Assembly (NCBI GenBank): GCA_051530055.1
Contig: CM121342.1
Location: forward strand, 6,740,864 to 6,804,863
DNA length: 64,000 bases
Reading direction: 5' to 3'
Source: Neoechinorhynchus agilis
Taxonomy: Eukaryota > Animalia > Acanthocephala
In this document: in pieces, positions 12,921-26,690 of the stretch
Numbering within the stretch: position 1 is the stretch's first letter
Layout of the letters: every line of letters starts with the position of its first letter
The notes under the pieces: generated by a model
Seen by the model: the letters and a program-made list of their open reading frames with translations, nothing else
Told to the model about the DNA's origin: nothing
Databases searched by the model: none
Translations under genes and position numbers: made by a program

Positions 12921-13100
12921 CAGCAAATCAAGTCTCATGTATCTACGAGCCTCCCAGATCCATCTCTTTACCATTCGGAACCGTCGCAAGGACACTTGCA
13001 GCGTTGCCGCGCTGGATCGCGAGACCTATGTTTTGCAGGAAGTACGTTCCTGCTCTTGGGTCTCCGGTTGCGATCCTCATCTTCCTTGAAAGATCCGCCG
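12921..13100 (-). mobile_element. CRE 3' terminal fragment
   Basis: Minus translation ADLSRKMRIATGDPRAGTYFLQNIGLAIQRGNAASVLATV. Confidence 0.85.
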
Positions 13101-13474
13101 TTCACCAAGAAGTTTTAATATCAATAATAGAGATTTTCTACTCCTCAGGTTTGTGGACGAAATTCTCACCGGGTATCAAGACGATCTAAATTGGAAAGGT
13201 CCGAGCTCTAACTATTGCGACGTTCGCCTGAGCACAGCCTTTAAATCCTTGCCCTAACTCGCTCTCGAAAAGAAGGTTTTATTTGAACTATTAAGACGCG
13301 ATTTGGGGTTTAAGATATCGCTGAATCCATTTCTGCCACTTCTGAGCGATCGTTTTTTATTGCTTTCTGCCGTGTCGAGTGTGACGCCACAGGAAATTTT
13401 ATCGAATTTAGTGAATTTGCAGTTCTTGACAACGTTCTTTGCTTACGGACCGATAAGCTAGCTGAGAATTCGTT

Positions 13475-16402
13475 GTGTGGTCTCGGTCGGTCTTTTTTGA
13501 GGTCTTTCTTTACACAATGCAGCCGAACGTTGACCTCTCGGATTCTGCCGTGCCGACTGTGACGTCATCAATTGAGTTGGATTACCCTGTGCCCATCACA
13601 CGACAACTGGACGACGTCGAGTTCAATGATGATGACGCAAAGGCTTTACAACAACAGGCCGAGGTATCGAACCTCCGGGCCACTTCTTCTCCGAAAGGTT
13701 TTTGTTCGGAATGCGGTGGTTGTTTTTGCCTTAACAAATCCTTGTTAGTTCGGATACACGGTCCCTTCAGATCCCGCTGTTCTGGTTCCTCCCTTCCCCC
13801 AAGATCTGTCATCCCGAACCCACTACCTCCTCGGAATGTCTCAGCGCCTCTGGTCATTCCCACGAAATTCCCTGATATCTTGCGCGTTCTGCCCAGGAAC
13901 GTCCTGAAACGGATCCCAAAGGGCGCTCGGTATCAGATGACGAAGTCATTTGGTGCTTTGCTAAGGGATTGCTTAGAAAACGGGTCTGACATTGCATGGA
14001 CACGTCTCTTCGCTTTTCCCAGGCTGGTTCTTCGCGCTGGTGACCGTTCGGAGGGGTCGTTGGTCAGTTCAATCAAAGAAAGAATCGCTTCCTTCGATCA
14101 ACTCTTTTCGGACGCAATTCGAGCTGTCGATCGCGGACCTACAGAACAACCTGCACACAGTAATTTTTCGGCTAGATCCATAGGGGAACGTGCCCCCTCC
14201 AAAATTGCGGATGGTGACATCGGGGAGCTGTTCGCATCCTATCCTCCTCTGAAGTTTTTGCCCAGGTTAACGAGGAAACTCAAAACCTTGAACCAAAAAC
14301 ATCCTCCATCGGAACCACCGAAAATTCCGACTTGCCTCGCGGCTGCCTCGAAGTCTCCCTGCTCGGTAAAGGAACTCAATTCAGCGATATCCTCCTTTGC
14401 TAGTGGATCCGGTCATGGGCTAGACGGGCTTAGGCCTCAACACCTCAAGGACATGTTGTCCTTCTCCGTCGGTGAAGCCGCTCAGAGCCTTTCGAATAGA
14501 TTGTCACGCCTCGTCGATCTGTTCATTGGTGACGAATTGCCTCCCGTCGCAATTCAATTGTTCTTCGGCGCCTCACTCTGTGGCCTTAAAAAGAAAGACG
14601 GTGGGATTCGTCCCGTCGCTATGGGATCGACACTTCGGCGTCTTGCAGCAAAGATTCTTTGCAAACGTCTTGCAGTGGATCTTGGCGAACTTTTCCGCCC
14701 GATACAACTCGGTTGCTGTACGCCTTGCGGAGCCGAGGCTGTCGTGCACGCACTACGCTCCTTTGTCACAAACAGTTCAGAGTCCTGTGTTGTGCTCAAG
14801 TGGGACTTCCGAAACGCCTTCAACTGTGTTGATCGCAGTGTGCTTCTAGAAGCTGTCGCAACTTACGCACCGGAAGCATACCAGTATTTCCTCAACGCCT
14901 ATGGGACTGAGACTCCTCTTGTTTTCAACGACCGTATCATCTGGTCTCAACGAGGTGTCCAACAAGGTGGTCCTCTCGGTCCTATCGGTTTCTCTCTTGC
15001 CGTCAACCCGATCGCTCATTCGCTCCAATCCAAGTTTAATGCTTGGTATTTGGACGATGCAACACTCGGTGGGTCTCCCTCCGTGGTGTTGCGAGATTTG
15101 GAGGTCGTCATGAGAGAAGCTGCCAAGCTCGGCGTTGAGCTTAATACCTCGAAATGTGAGCTGTTTGTGATGAATGCAGAAAACGCCGCTAGTCAAACTG
15201 AGATCCTCAACAGCTTTACGCAGCAAGCACCTAACATCAAAATAATTTCGCGTGCTCAACTGTCTCTTCTGGGTAGTTGCGTTTTTAATGAAAATATACC
15301 TCAAGAGATCCTCCATATAGCGCCGAGAGACGAATTGCTCTGCAAGCGTACGAAGGAACTTCCATCCCATCAGGCATTATTTTTAATAAAGAGTGCCCTG
15401 TTCCTTCCGAAGTTGCTGTACAAGTTGCGTACAGCGCCCTTCCTCAAACATCGACACTCCTTGAGGAAAATCGATGACAATTTAAGGAGGTGTCTCGAAG
15501 GGATTTTAAATATCCAACTGTCGGATGAGGCATGGAGACAAGCTTGTTTGCCTGTATCTTCCAGCGGTTTAGGTATTCGTAAAACAGCCGATGTCGCGAT
15601 TCCGGCCTTTTTAGGTTCCTATGAGAGCAGCCGAAAGTTGGTAGCTAAATTGCCCGAAAAAGAGTTTTTACTTGATGAAAATTTTAAAGAGGCGGTCTTC
15701 GAATTTTGTCGCATTACGCAGTGCGATGAAGTTACTTTGAGAGGCAAGAGACAGTCAGTTTGGGATAAACCTTTAATCACGCGAGTACACAACTCAATGC
15801 TTTCTGACGTGCGTGATGAGCTGACCCGAGCTCGATTGTTGGCGGTCTCCTCGAAGGAATCCGGTGCCTGGCTGAACGCAGTTCCGATTCCTTCGATCGG
15901 AAATTTACTGTCGGACGAAACAGTAAGGATCGGAGTGTCCTTACGACTAGGTCTCCCGATTTGTGTCCCACACTACTGTCGTTGTGTTGCCCTTGTGGAT
16001 TCTTTGGGTAGACACGGTCTCGTTTGTCGCCAGTCCGGTGGCAGGTATGCTCGCCACGCTGAGATTAACTCGGTTATTAGTCGGGCCTTAAACACGATAC
16101 ACGCACCGAATCTGCTCGAACCAAGTCACCTCTGCAGACTCGACGGTCGAAGACCGGATGGGGTAACTGTGTTCCCGTGGCGAGAAGGGAAATCCTTTCT
16201 CTGGGACGCTACTTGTGTGGACATCCTTGCTCTGTCCAATCTAAGACATTCCTCAAGGCGCGAAGGAGGTGCTGCAATTGCCGCAGAGGAACGCAAGCGC
16301 GGGAAGTACGCGGAGCTCTTGAGGGCACATCACTTCGTCCCTTTCGGCGTTGAGACGCTCGGTGCCTTCGGTGCTGAGGCCAAGAACTGTAGGGCGGATC
16401 TT
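13475..16402 (+). mobile_element. CRE subfamily C, near full-length ORF (N-terminal Zn knuckle, RT, RLE) lacking its last ~50 codons
   Basis: 996-aa ORF with CSECGG..RIHGP..RCSGS, QQGGPLGP, WYLDD, RHAEIN, RPDG and WDATCVD. CRE similarity stops after ...EAKNCRADL. Confidence 0.95.
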
Positions 16403-16719
16403 ATCCTTAACATGGATTATGTCACTATAATAATCAATAAGCCCAACAAAAAATTTCGATATTAAAAAGAAGAATTCCTCAGGTTAGGTAAAATACCAAG
16501 GATGAAAGGCAGAGCGAACAAAATCACTTGAATTCTCGCCATGAGAAAAAAGACTAAAATTTTTGAGGAATTATTAACGATGTGAGTTGATCCAAATTTT
16601 ATTTGAATGCCATTTTTATATGTTTTGGCCTGCGTGTATCCCCAGCGTACAAAATAGGTTAAATTCAAGATATGGGAAAATAAAGTTAACAAAAGTTCAT
16701 AATAAAAAAGAGCTACAAA

Positions 16720-19150
16720 TTTAATTATGACATCCCGACGTTGCCAGTATACTGGCAGCATTCCCTCGCTGTATCGCAATTGCGATTCGTTGACCGAGGA
16801 AATTTCTCGAGCGCGGTTCCCCCGTCAACCTTTTCGTCCCAAATCGTTGAGGAGAGTGAGCGCTGATGGTCCCAAGGCTCCATACGTTTCCACGGCAAAA
16901 GGGACGAAATGGTAATTCCTTTGGGGCTCTCTATATTTTGAACGCTTTCGTTCCTCAGCTACGACCGCTGAACCTCCAGGGCTCTTTTTTGAAATCGGAA
17001 AATTACTGGGTCGCATCCCATAAAAGCGGTTTTTCCCTCCCGCCATGGAAAAACCGTGACACCGTCAGGTCGCTTGCTTTATAGGCGGCATAAATTACTC
17101 GGCTCTAGAATATTGGACACGTGAACGGAATCTAGGGCTCTACTCAAAATTGGGAGTTCAATTCTGAGTGTCTTGGAAACCTCCCGCTGGACATTTTACA
17201 ACAGAGGCCGTGTCTGAAATTAGCGTCAACTATAAAGCCGCAGCGACAGCGATGCGGGATACAAATATCCTGGCCCAATCTTAAAGAAACTGCGACCCTT
17301 AACGTAGAATCCTCTAGAAGAGTTCCGACTGTCGGGGTGGGGAGAGCATTTAGCCAGGCTCCGATTCCTTTGTAGAGTACGCCGTAAGACGAACTTGGGG
17401 AACCTCGTCGAGAAGATCGTTAAAGGATTGGTGAATCTTCTTTATGAGGGAAAGGTCCCAGGCCGACTGCCTGTGGTCATTTTCCGGAAGGTGCGGGATC
17501 TCTGTCCGGGATTGCCAGATCGATAAACCGTCCAAATAATGTTGGGAGTTTTGTTTCATGTTGCAAAATCCGCGTACGTTTTGCTGGCTCGGTAAGGGGC
17601 GAGGAACGCTGGAAGGGCTAAATCAGACACTGCGTGGATGCCGAGGCGGCCAAAAGAGGTTGGGAACGTAGCCAGCCGCCAGCCCGTATCCGTAATATTT
17701 ATATTAAAAAGTTTCTTTAAAAAAGAACGTAAAACCCCGTCGAGATCCGATAAAACTCTTTTCTCCCCGAAACACGGAGCAGCTCTCAACTTATACATCA
17801 ATTTGGGGATGTATATGCAATTCTTTAAAAGGAAGAAGGCTTCGTGCGCCGACAGCTCACATGCTCTTGTGCATAATAATTCGAGCTTCGGTATGTGGGC
17901 CTCGAGGTCCTTTGAGACATTTTCGGCGAAAATGGGGCTTCCGAGGAGATTAAATTCGTATTTTGTAACCTCGCGCACCCTGGGAGCAACTTGCCGAAAA
18001 TCTGGGATGATCGTCGAACGTGAACTGTCATCGAATCCCTGAAAAAGGATTTCGCATTTTTCGAAATTCAGTTTGAGGCCCAAGTTTTCTGCTTCGCTTA
18101 TAATCGTTTGTAAGTCCCCTAAAAAATCCTGGGGATTACCGCTGAGTGTGGCGTCATCCAGGTACCAGCCGTTGAAATGAGAAATTAGTGATTGTACCAA
18201 TTCATTGATTGTACACGCGAATCCAATTGGACCAAGGGGGTCACCCTGCTGAAATCCACATTGGGCCAAATAATCTGATTTTTGTATAGAAGAGGGTTTT
18301 ATTGGAGTAGACCGATAAAAAGTAGGGGTAGCTTTCAGGGATAAAATCTTTGATGGAATCCAACATTTTCTCTCTGAGGAAGGAGTTGAAGGCGTTTTTA
18401 AAATCTAACTTTAAGACGACCAAAGGAGCCTTTGCTACTTCAAGATGGTCCCGGAGTACGTGAGTAATGGCTTCGGCACCACAAGATGTGCAGCATCCTA
18501 GCTGGAAAGGCCTCAACACCCCCCCCCCCAATTTCTGCGAAACTTTCTTACATATTATTTTAGCTGCAAGTCTCCGAAGAGTGCAGCCGATGGCGATGGG
18601 ACGAATCCCGCCATCTTTTTTCGAAAGCCCACAAAGAGAAGCCGAGAAGAAAAGCCGGATTACGAATTCGCTAAGAACCCCAATCACTCTGACCAGAGGA
18701 GATTCCAGAAGTTTACCCGCAACACAGGTCGAGAAGGATAACATATCCTTTAGGTGTTGAGGGCGCAAACCGTCAGGTCCGTGCCATGAAGCGTTGGCGA
18801 AGGAGGAAATAGCTTTTTTAAATTCATTGAGGCAAGTTGGGTCCGGCGCTACTTGTGGAAAGTTAAACACCGTCGCTCCATTAAAATTGGGTTGCTTATT
18901 TTAAAGAGCCTGATACGTGGCTTCATGGTTGGGGGCGAAATCTTCGGTTGAGGCTAAAAGTCGAACAGCTCCGCGGATGTCTCCATCAGATAATTTTGCC
19001 GAAACTCGCTCAATTTTATATACGGCGGAAAAATTAAAAGAATTTATCGATTTCGATATTTCGGCATAATATTGTGTCTCTATCAAGATTTCTTGTTATT
19101 TCGAAACCAAATATTGCTACGAATTGAAAATCTGCTTGACTACGATCCGA
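16720..19150 (-). mobile_element. CRE subfamily D, decayed
   Basis: Minus ORFs carry KLSDGDIRGAVRLL, GPDGLRPQHLKD, FQQGDPLGP, WYLDD and HFVPFAVETYG. Confidence 0.9.
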
Positions 19151-19876
19151 TATTATAGCGTCTTCTAGTCATCGCTAAAGAACTGTTGCCAAACCAGATT
19201 TTAAAGTTGGTCTACTTTCCCATTTGTTTAAATGCTTTTCAATAATTTGTTCTTGCTCAAAAATCTTCGGGAAGTGGAATCTGTGCTTTGCCAACATGCA
19301 AAGATTGGCACTTCTGTTAGAATCATCTTATGAATTCCATGCGATTTGCTGCAAAATGGATCTCTCAATCTTTCCATTGGTTCATTTACCAGGAATCATC
19401 TATAAGAAATCTTCAAAATGAGTACGTTTTTGAATCGAAAATATACATTACTCCTCAACAGCAAATAAAATAATTAAACCAATGAAAGCAGAGTAAAGTA
19501 TACAAATGACAACATGGCGCAATATTCGGGCAGAGCCAATAAGCGGCTGCGTTTTGACTCAAACAAAGGCCATTACTGCCGAGTATTCTTATCCGAATAA
19601 ACAATACAGCCTTCGTTTAATTTTGTTGGGCAAAATTTAAGAGGTAATCTCTTTATTCGGATTACGATTCAGCTATTTTCTTAATTTGAATTTTTCGTTT
19701 GTTAACAACTCAGATTTCTATAACACGCCATAACTTGAAATAAAGTCAACCAATTTACTGTCTATTAAGTCTTTGAGTCCAATTTCAATAAAGAACGATT
19801 GATTTTTGTGTAAACAACGATCATCGCAATCAAACCAAAACAAAGAGTCTACTAATATATTAAACTAAATATCGTA

Positions 19877-21782
19877 TCAATCCTTCTCAGATTGTTTCTC
19901 GGAACGATCTTTCTCAGCCTGAACTTCTGCACTTATCCGCGCGGCAGATATTAACATTGAATTCAATGTAGGCGTCCAATTCATCGATGGAACATTCGAT
20001 GTCAGTTTATTGCTCTGCTGGATTAATTCGCTTTGGGCCGACGATAAATTTATTAATCTGCCGAGGGTTTGTAGTGTTTCTTCTAAGAAGGGCGAGGGTT
20101 TCAAAGGTTCAGTTGCACTTCGGTTTAAAGTGCTCGATTCTTGCATTCTGGTTCTCCGTGATTTTGTTCGTGGTTGTTGCTCAATTTGGTCTAACGGCAC
20201 TCCGCGCTTTAAAGATTTTTGCCCTTGCTTAATTGAAGAACATTTAAGATCTCCTGTTGGCGACACCGCTTTTTTAGTTTTAACGGCTGAACTTGTTTTT
20301 GAATCCAAAAAACCTTCGATAATCGCACAGGATTACAATAGTAAAGTTCATTTCGACGGTATCTGATTCGACTTACAACAACTTTGCATCGATTGCATTG
20401 ACGTTGGACTTTTGCTCGTTTCGCCCGCGTAGAACTTGTTTCCGGGTGCTTGCGTTTTGTCGGTTCAATGGTTCTTTTGCTGAACGCTTCATTGAAATTG
20501 TCTTCATTTTGGTCTTGACTTTGCTCGACAGCAATATTCGTTTGGTCTTTTGGAATACTGGCTTCTATGCATTTCTCACAAAGACAGAGTCCACAATAAT
20601 CAAACAATTTAGAAATTTCACTCATTCCACATTTAATGCAACATCGAATATCGCCAGTGTCTCCAGTCTTGTCTTCTAATTCCGGGTTCTGATTGGTTTG
20701 ACTGTTTAAGAGTAAGGTAATGTGACAATTTTATTGCTTCTTCTTTACATTCGAGTTCATCTTCTTGATTATTTTTATGTTGAATTTTACTCGCTTGCTT
20801 GTTTGAAGAAGTACATTCCTGACATGTGAAAGATCCTTTCGATGAATACAAAATTGAATTATCGTTTGAACCGCATTTGTTGCAACATTTGAAATTTTGT
20901 AGAATTTTTTTGTTCGATCCAGTGGACCGTTTGTTCGCTTTTACACCGAGATCGATATTGGAAACTGCGCAGATAGATTCTGTTTGTAGCTGAGATGTAT
21001 TTTCGTTCGGATTAACGGTACTCGCTTGAGAGCTACTCAAGATTCCTGTAAGCCGAGTTGCTGATTGCGGGGCACAACCTTTACACAGAATAAGTTGATA
21101 ACAGGAATACCATTCAGAACTTCTCCCTTTTCCACATCGTCGGCAACAAATATCTGAAGTATTCGCTGAACTATCCGAGAGATTGGGAACGCTTTTGACA
21201 CGAGGAGGTTGTAATGGAAGTTTCTGATTTTTATCTTCATTGCTTCCTTTTTTCGGCGATGTGAGAGTCAATTGTGCACATTTGCAACAAAGAACTATTT
21301 CTTTAGTATAAAACCAGGATACGCTCTTCTTGGTTCGGCAATTTTTACAGGACTTTCCATTTTTACTTTTGAGAAGTTTGACAGGATAAGATGCGGATTT
21401 CCTCTTTGCCGCCAAAGATTTATTTACCATCTCAAGACCAATTACACCCGCATTGTCATAATTTCCGATATCTTTGACAATAATCGCATCGATTTGACCA
21501 ACCAAAGAAGGCCACTTCGCAATCTTTGCAGATTGATCTTTTTCTATTTCGCTCATAGTTCGTTCGTTGGTTTCTTTAAGTTCAACGTCGAAAGCAATTC
21601 CTTACGAGATATTTCTACTTCTCGATCGTCTTTTGGTTCACTGCCATGGCCGTCAATAATTTTGATATCGGTAAGATCGATTTGTTCAGTTGTGGGTCTT
21701 TCTCGCTCTGCGTTCTCAAGCTTGTTGTCCACTTGAGCAAGAATTTCTTGAAGAACTTCAATAATTTCAGGATTCATTGTAT
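19877..21782 (-). pseudogene. Five-finger zinc protein gene, frameshifted copy with an internal ~76-codon deletion
   Basis: ORFs 21553..21927, 20633..21556, 20209..20625 and 19877..20308 tile the intact 49610..51829 protein. Confidence 0.85.
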
Positions 21783-22778
21783 AGTTTGCTGTTCTGAATA
21801 TTAACTTAATAGATATTTCCGTTGAGGATTGGAGAATTGTGAGATGCTCGTTGTAATGCTCGTTAGCAATTGTAAATGTATTGGATACGCTTTTATTCTT
21901 TTCGCCATAACCAAAATATACAAACAATTATTTATTTATCTTATTTATTGATGACTATTTGCTGTAATTTCGCGATTATTATAAAGCTTTACGAATCACT
22001 TGTTGATTATCACCGAAGCTCGCATTTGCGACAAATTATGTAAACCGTCGATCGTGTTTGCGGTTCGGTTCTTTTCGCGATCATCATTTGATTATCAATA
22101 AAACTTAAATCGACGACACTAGCCCAATAATGGTTTGATTGCATAGTTGAGAAAATTTTCGTACGTTCTTTTCATTTAAAAAACAATACTTAATTTCCAT
22201 TCATTGCATCCACATTAATTTTTTCATACGAGAACGCCACTTTACGAGCATTTTTATTCTGATTTTCTTGTCGACATTATCAACATCACGATTTAATAAA
22301 CAAACGAATTTTCTTCATCAGGTCTCTAGGTTTACAGTTTCATTAAGTACTTTGAAAAATTGTTAAAATGTATGAAAGTTCATGTGAGCCTATAAAAATA
22401 TATTATTATAACTAAATCAACTAAACTAAAAAATCATAAAAATAAATTGATTTAAAATCTTAAATGGGAATCAGATATCGTTACTTTTGCAAAGTGCATA
22501 TAAAAAATTAGGTAAAGAACTGTATCAAACACTAAAAAATTTGTTGTTCTTTTAAAGGAATTGTTATTTTTGAAAATTAATTGCAACTTAATGATAAAAA
22601 TGTGTCGCTACATTAAACAATAAAGATGGATTAATTTTTTGTCATTTTTAGCACTCTCCTTACATCTGTGAAAATATTCATGCATCGAAATTTAAAACTG
22701 TACTAATTTTTAGTTTCTTTATTTATAGACTGAACAAAAACTATCTGATTATTTGAACTAAAGCCGCTTTCGTGTTTT

Positions 22779-23915
22779 TCACGGGTTGTAAAAACTGGAC
22801 AATGTGCGTATTTTTGAACCGTCGAATTCCTTTTTAACGAATGGTTCATTCCGCAAAATTGATTTTGAAATGCTGTTGTGGGAATCATATAAGCATCAAT
22901 TGCCCAAATCGGGAATTCGCTTCCGTCAAACCTAACGTTCAAACATTGATCGGTTTGTGGTAATTCAGAATAATAAGATCCATTATAAGAAGAATTCGTT
23001 TGTTGTATACTTGGCGGATACTGACAGTCAGGATTTGATGGCACGTATCTTTGATCGAGTTGCGAAAACTCTCCGTAGCTGGAATAAGATCGGGAACTTT
23101 TAAAATCCTTGGCTCGTGCAGTATTTCGTTGACGTTTTTGTTTTCTTTGATCGAGCGTATCTTTGTCCTTGCATTTAAATTTACTATAACTTTCAATATT
23201 TAACTGCTCACGGCCAGACAATCTGCCAGAAAATCGGTCCAGTGAGGCGTATCTGTAATTCTCCGACTCCTGAATTTGATATCTTCGTTTTTGAGCCCTT
23301 CGCGCTGCTTTTGATTGGCTTTGTGTTGTTCCTTGAACTCAAAAGTAATGGAATTGCTAACTCAAACTTTTCCCGAATTTCATGCACTCGTGAACCAGAA
23401 AGTTGAACGAATTCATTACCGTGCAGCGTCATTTTAACATCCGAGTGTTTGAATTTTATTTCAGCCGTTCTACGTATTTCTGGCTCAAAGTCAACATATT
23501 CTATTGTCTCATTTATATTTGGGATCCTTTTTTCGTTAAAGTTCTCAACAACAGCTTCTAATTTTATACAAAAATCTAAATTTGTTTTCATTTGTACACA
23601 TGTGAGCGAGTAATCGTGAAGAGGACCCGATTTACATTGTGACATTTGAATTAGAGATTCTACATGATGAGCAAAGTCCTCAACATCACTTTCCGAACCC
23701 TTCTGTACATTAAGAATCACTTTGCCACTTGGAAATATACGAGCAGTTGCCCCGATGAGATTGCGTTCTTTATTGGTTATCGGCACTGTGTAGAGAATTG
23801 CGGGTCCACGTTGTATTTTTACGGACGGTATTGCACTTTTGATATCAACCAGGTTCAATTTGTTCATTTTAAATTTGGCACTGAAATTATAGACATGAAG
23901 GCCTTTGGTTGCCAT
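22779..23915 (-). pseudogene. TBP-family gene copy with two homopolymer indels (may be intact if these are sequencing errors)
   Basis: ORFs 23208..23915 and 22703..23221 tile the 378-aa protein. The shifts are at CCAATCAAAAG and CCAGTTTTTAC. Confidence 0.8.
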
Positions 23916-24705
23916 TTTGTTCTAAAAGTAATTTAAAAATCTATTAATTATATTTTATAGAATGTCGTGTTTTATTTTATAAGAAATAGGTATAAAAATT
24001 TGTTTCTTTAATAAATTCCATCTTTATATTGGCAAAGAATAATGTACCATTTAAAAAAGGATTGCTCTACAGAAATAGCTTCATCTATATCATCTAAGGA
24101 AAATTCGGAATACTTCTTGAAAATATATAAGATGAGAAAAACTTGCGCAAAAGGAGCTTAGCTTATCAAAAATACATTTTCGGCACACACATTATAATTA
24201 ATCGTTCTATGAAACCCCTAATTTTTTTTAATTGGTCAAATTTCTGAGATTTCAGCCAATAAGCGAATAAGAAACACGGTAAGAGGTAAGCATATTTTAG
24301 ACTCATAAATGTTTAATTGCGTAGTGTTTGTAACCAAAATAATTTTATATGGACTTTCGATCATGCGATTTTAGGCATAGTTCCTTTCTATAAATAATCT
24401 CGATCATAACTTTTTGCGGAATGAAAATTTTAGTGATTTGGTTCAAAAATGTGGAAAAAGTGTTTATTTGCGACAATACAAAAATCCGTGAATTTCCTGC
24501 ACACAAAAAACGTTCACAATATCAGATCAAAACTTTAAGAATTTCTTTACTTTCAAAGAATAAATTGAAGCCTTTTTTCAAAGGTTTTAACAATGTTTTC
24601 AACAAACAATTCACACGTTTAAGATATCCCAATTAAATAAATAAATTCGTGATTTCGCCTCATTGTGCGCAGTATTTTTTCGAGCTGTCGATGCATAAAA
24701 GGGTC

Positions 24706-25474
24706 TCAATAACAGAATACCTACAATTGCTAACGAGCGTTACTAAGAACTTCAAACCAATTCTCCGATCCTTCACGTAAATATCCATTAAGTCAATATT
24801 CAAAATGGTAAACGATGCAATAAATCCTGGGATTATTGAAGTTCTTTAATACATTCTCGCTCAAGTGGAAAACTAACTTTAGAATGCAGGGCGAGAAAGG
24901 CAAAAACTGAACTAATTGATCCAACAGAACCCATAATTTTTGATGGCAGCGACAGTGAATTGGTTGCAATCATTCTGAAATTGACGCTGTTGGCCAGCAA
25001 TATCTGTTTCGCCTTTTGGATTACTACTTTATATGCACTTCTTTCAAAGCCAAAGTCCGTAATAATCATACAATTCAGAAATTTATCTTATTCCACGTTT
25101 TATGCAACATCGACTGTGGCCGACGTTTCCAGTCCTGTCTTTTACTTCTGCGTTCTGCTTTTGTAATCTCTCCAACGGTAGCATTTTCATGAGATATTTC
25201 AGCGCCTTGATCCACTTTTGATTCACCGTCGCTGCCATCAATATTTATGGATCGGTTTGGTCAATTAGTTCACTTGTTATCCGTTCTCGCTCTGCATTCG
25301 AAAGTTAGTTGTCCACTTGAGCGAGAATGTATTAAAGAACTTCATTAATCTCAGAATTCATTGTATATTTTGCTTTTCTGAATACTCACTTGAATGATAT
25401 TTGCGTGAAAAATCGGAGAATTGTGAGATGTTCATAGTAATGCTCGTTAGCGATTGTAGGTATTCAGTTATTGA
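24706..25474. repeat. Zinc-finger-derived hairpin, copy 2 (arms ~24706-24960 and ~25221-25474)
   Basis: Reverse complement of 31353-32120. Confidence 0.85.
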
Positions 25475-25689
25475 TACGCCTTTTATGCTTTGTTGTGGAA
25501 CAACATCTCGCATTTGTTCTATACGCTCAACTTATATTATATTTTGCTGAAGTTCAGGCATTGATCTCACTGCATTTGTGCTATAGATTTTTATTCATAA
25601 ATTAAGTTAAAACGGTCTTATCATTTCAACATTACTCTATGCAGTGTTATAGGAGCCAAGCCTAACTGCAAAATCTTTATATTGTGCAG

Positions 25690-26690
25690 CCTACAAAGAG
25701 TATTCACTTAATGAAGTTCATTTTTACCTGACATTCTAGAAATCCCTTTGGCACAAATACGCGAAATCATAGTCATAAGATCATTTGCACCACCGCCCCT
25801 CTGGATCACTCAGCTGCCGTCCCGGTTTAACGGTCGAAAGGACGGATGCAGCGTTCCCTCGTTGCTTGGCAATTGCTTGACCAGGTCCTGCGCCGCGGTA
25901 CCAAACGATCCGAATGCCTCGACACCAGCAAAAGGAACAAAATAATGATTTCGACGCTGCTCCCCTTTCGGGTTTAATAGTGGCGCTTTTTATGTTGCTG
26001 TCTGCGAACGGCGTCCCAGAGAAGGCATTTGCCTCCCTTCCCCATAGGAATACTTTGACACCGTCCGGTCTACGGCTATCGAGTCGGCAAAGATTGCTCG
26101 GCTCCAGGATCAGGGGCACGACTCAGAATTGCGTTCATTTCGGCATGCGTGAGTACCTTCCGTCTGATTGCCGTCCGAGAGACCATGGCGTCCCCATGGC
26201 TCAACGGAGGATCCACAACGGCAGCGATTGGAGGTGCACATCGGTGCCCCAAGTCTCAGCGGGTCACTGCAATCCTTACTGTCTCGGCGGACGGTGAAGG
26301 GTACCAACAGAAGCGATTATGAGAGCGTTGAGACAAGTGTCCCGGTTCTCTTGTAGAGACTGCCGCCAATCGAGTTCGATTCACCAGGTCACGAGAATCT
26401 GAAATTAAAGAGTTATTAATTCTCGCTATCATGGGTGAGTCCCAAACTGATCGTTTGCAGCCATTGACGGGTACCTGCTCGCTGCCTAAATATCCACACC
26501 AAAGATTAAGCCTCCACGAAATCTTCATCCAAGGTGTAATTCTTGCCAAGAAAAGACTGAACTATTCTGCGGTTTGCTTCATACGATTCCAAATAAGCTG
26601 ACAGAGAAATATCGGCTGTATATCGGATAAATAAACCGCCGGACGACACAGAGCAAGGACGTTTGATGCCAGGCCTCGTCCGACAGCGAA
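25690..26690 (-). mobile_element. CRE subfamily B 3' fragment inside the cassette
   Basis: LEPSNLCRLDSRRPDG and QRGNAASVLSTV on the minus strand. Confidence 0.85.

Noticed and set aside
13130-13180. Hammerhead-like GGACGAAA and minus-strand CTGAGGA near the CRE-C 5' end
   Set aside because: The two core halves are on opposite strands and the stems do not form.
13190-13474. HDV-like ribozyme in the CRE 5' UTR
   Set aside because: Expected by analogy with R2-type elements, but no nested double pseudoknot could be identified by eye.
16462-16779. Hydrophobic minus-strand ORF as a membrane protein or GPCR
   Set aside because: Short, AT-rich and without a family motif; it starts inside the CRE-D end.
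2520-19150. Spliced-leader or snRNA target gene for the CRE elements
   Set aside because: No recognisable SL/snRNA sequence or shared flank at the junctions examined.
19589-19662. 11-bp inverted repeat ATCCGAATAAA/TTTATTCGGAT as a MITE
   Set aside because: Single occurrence with no TSD and no other support.
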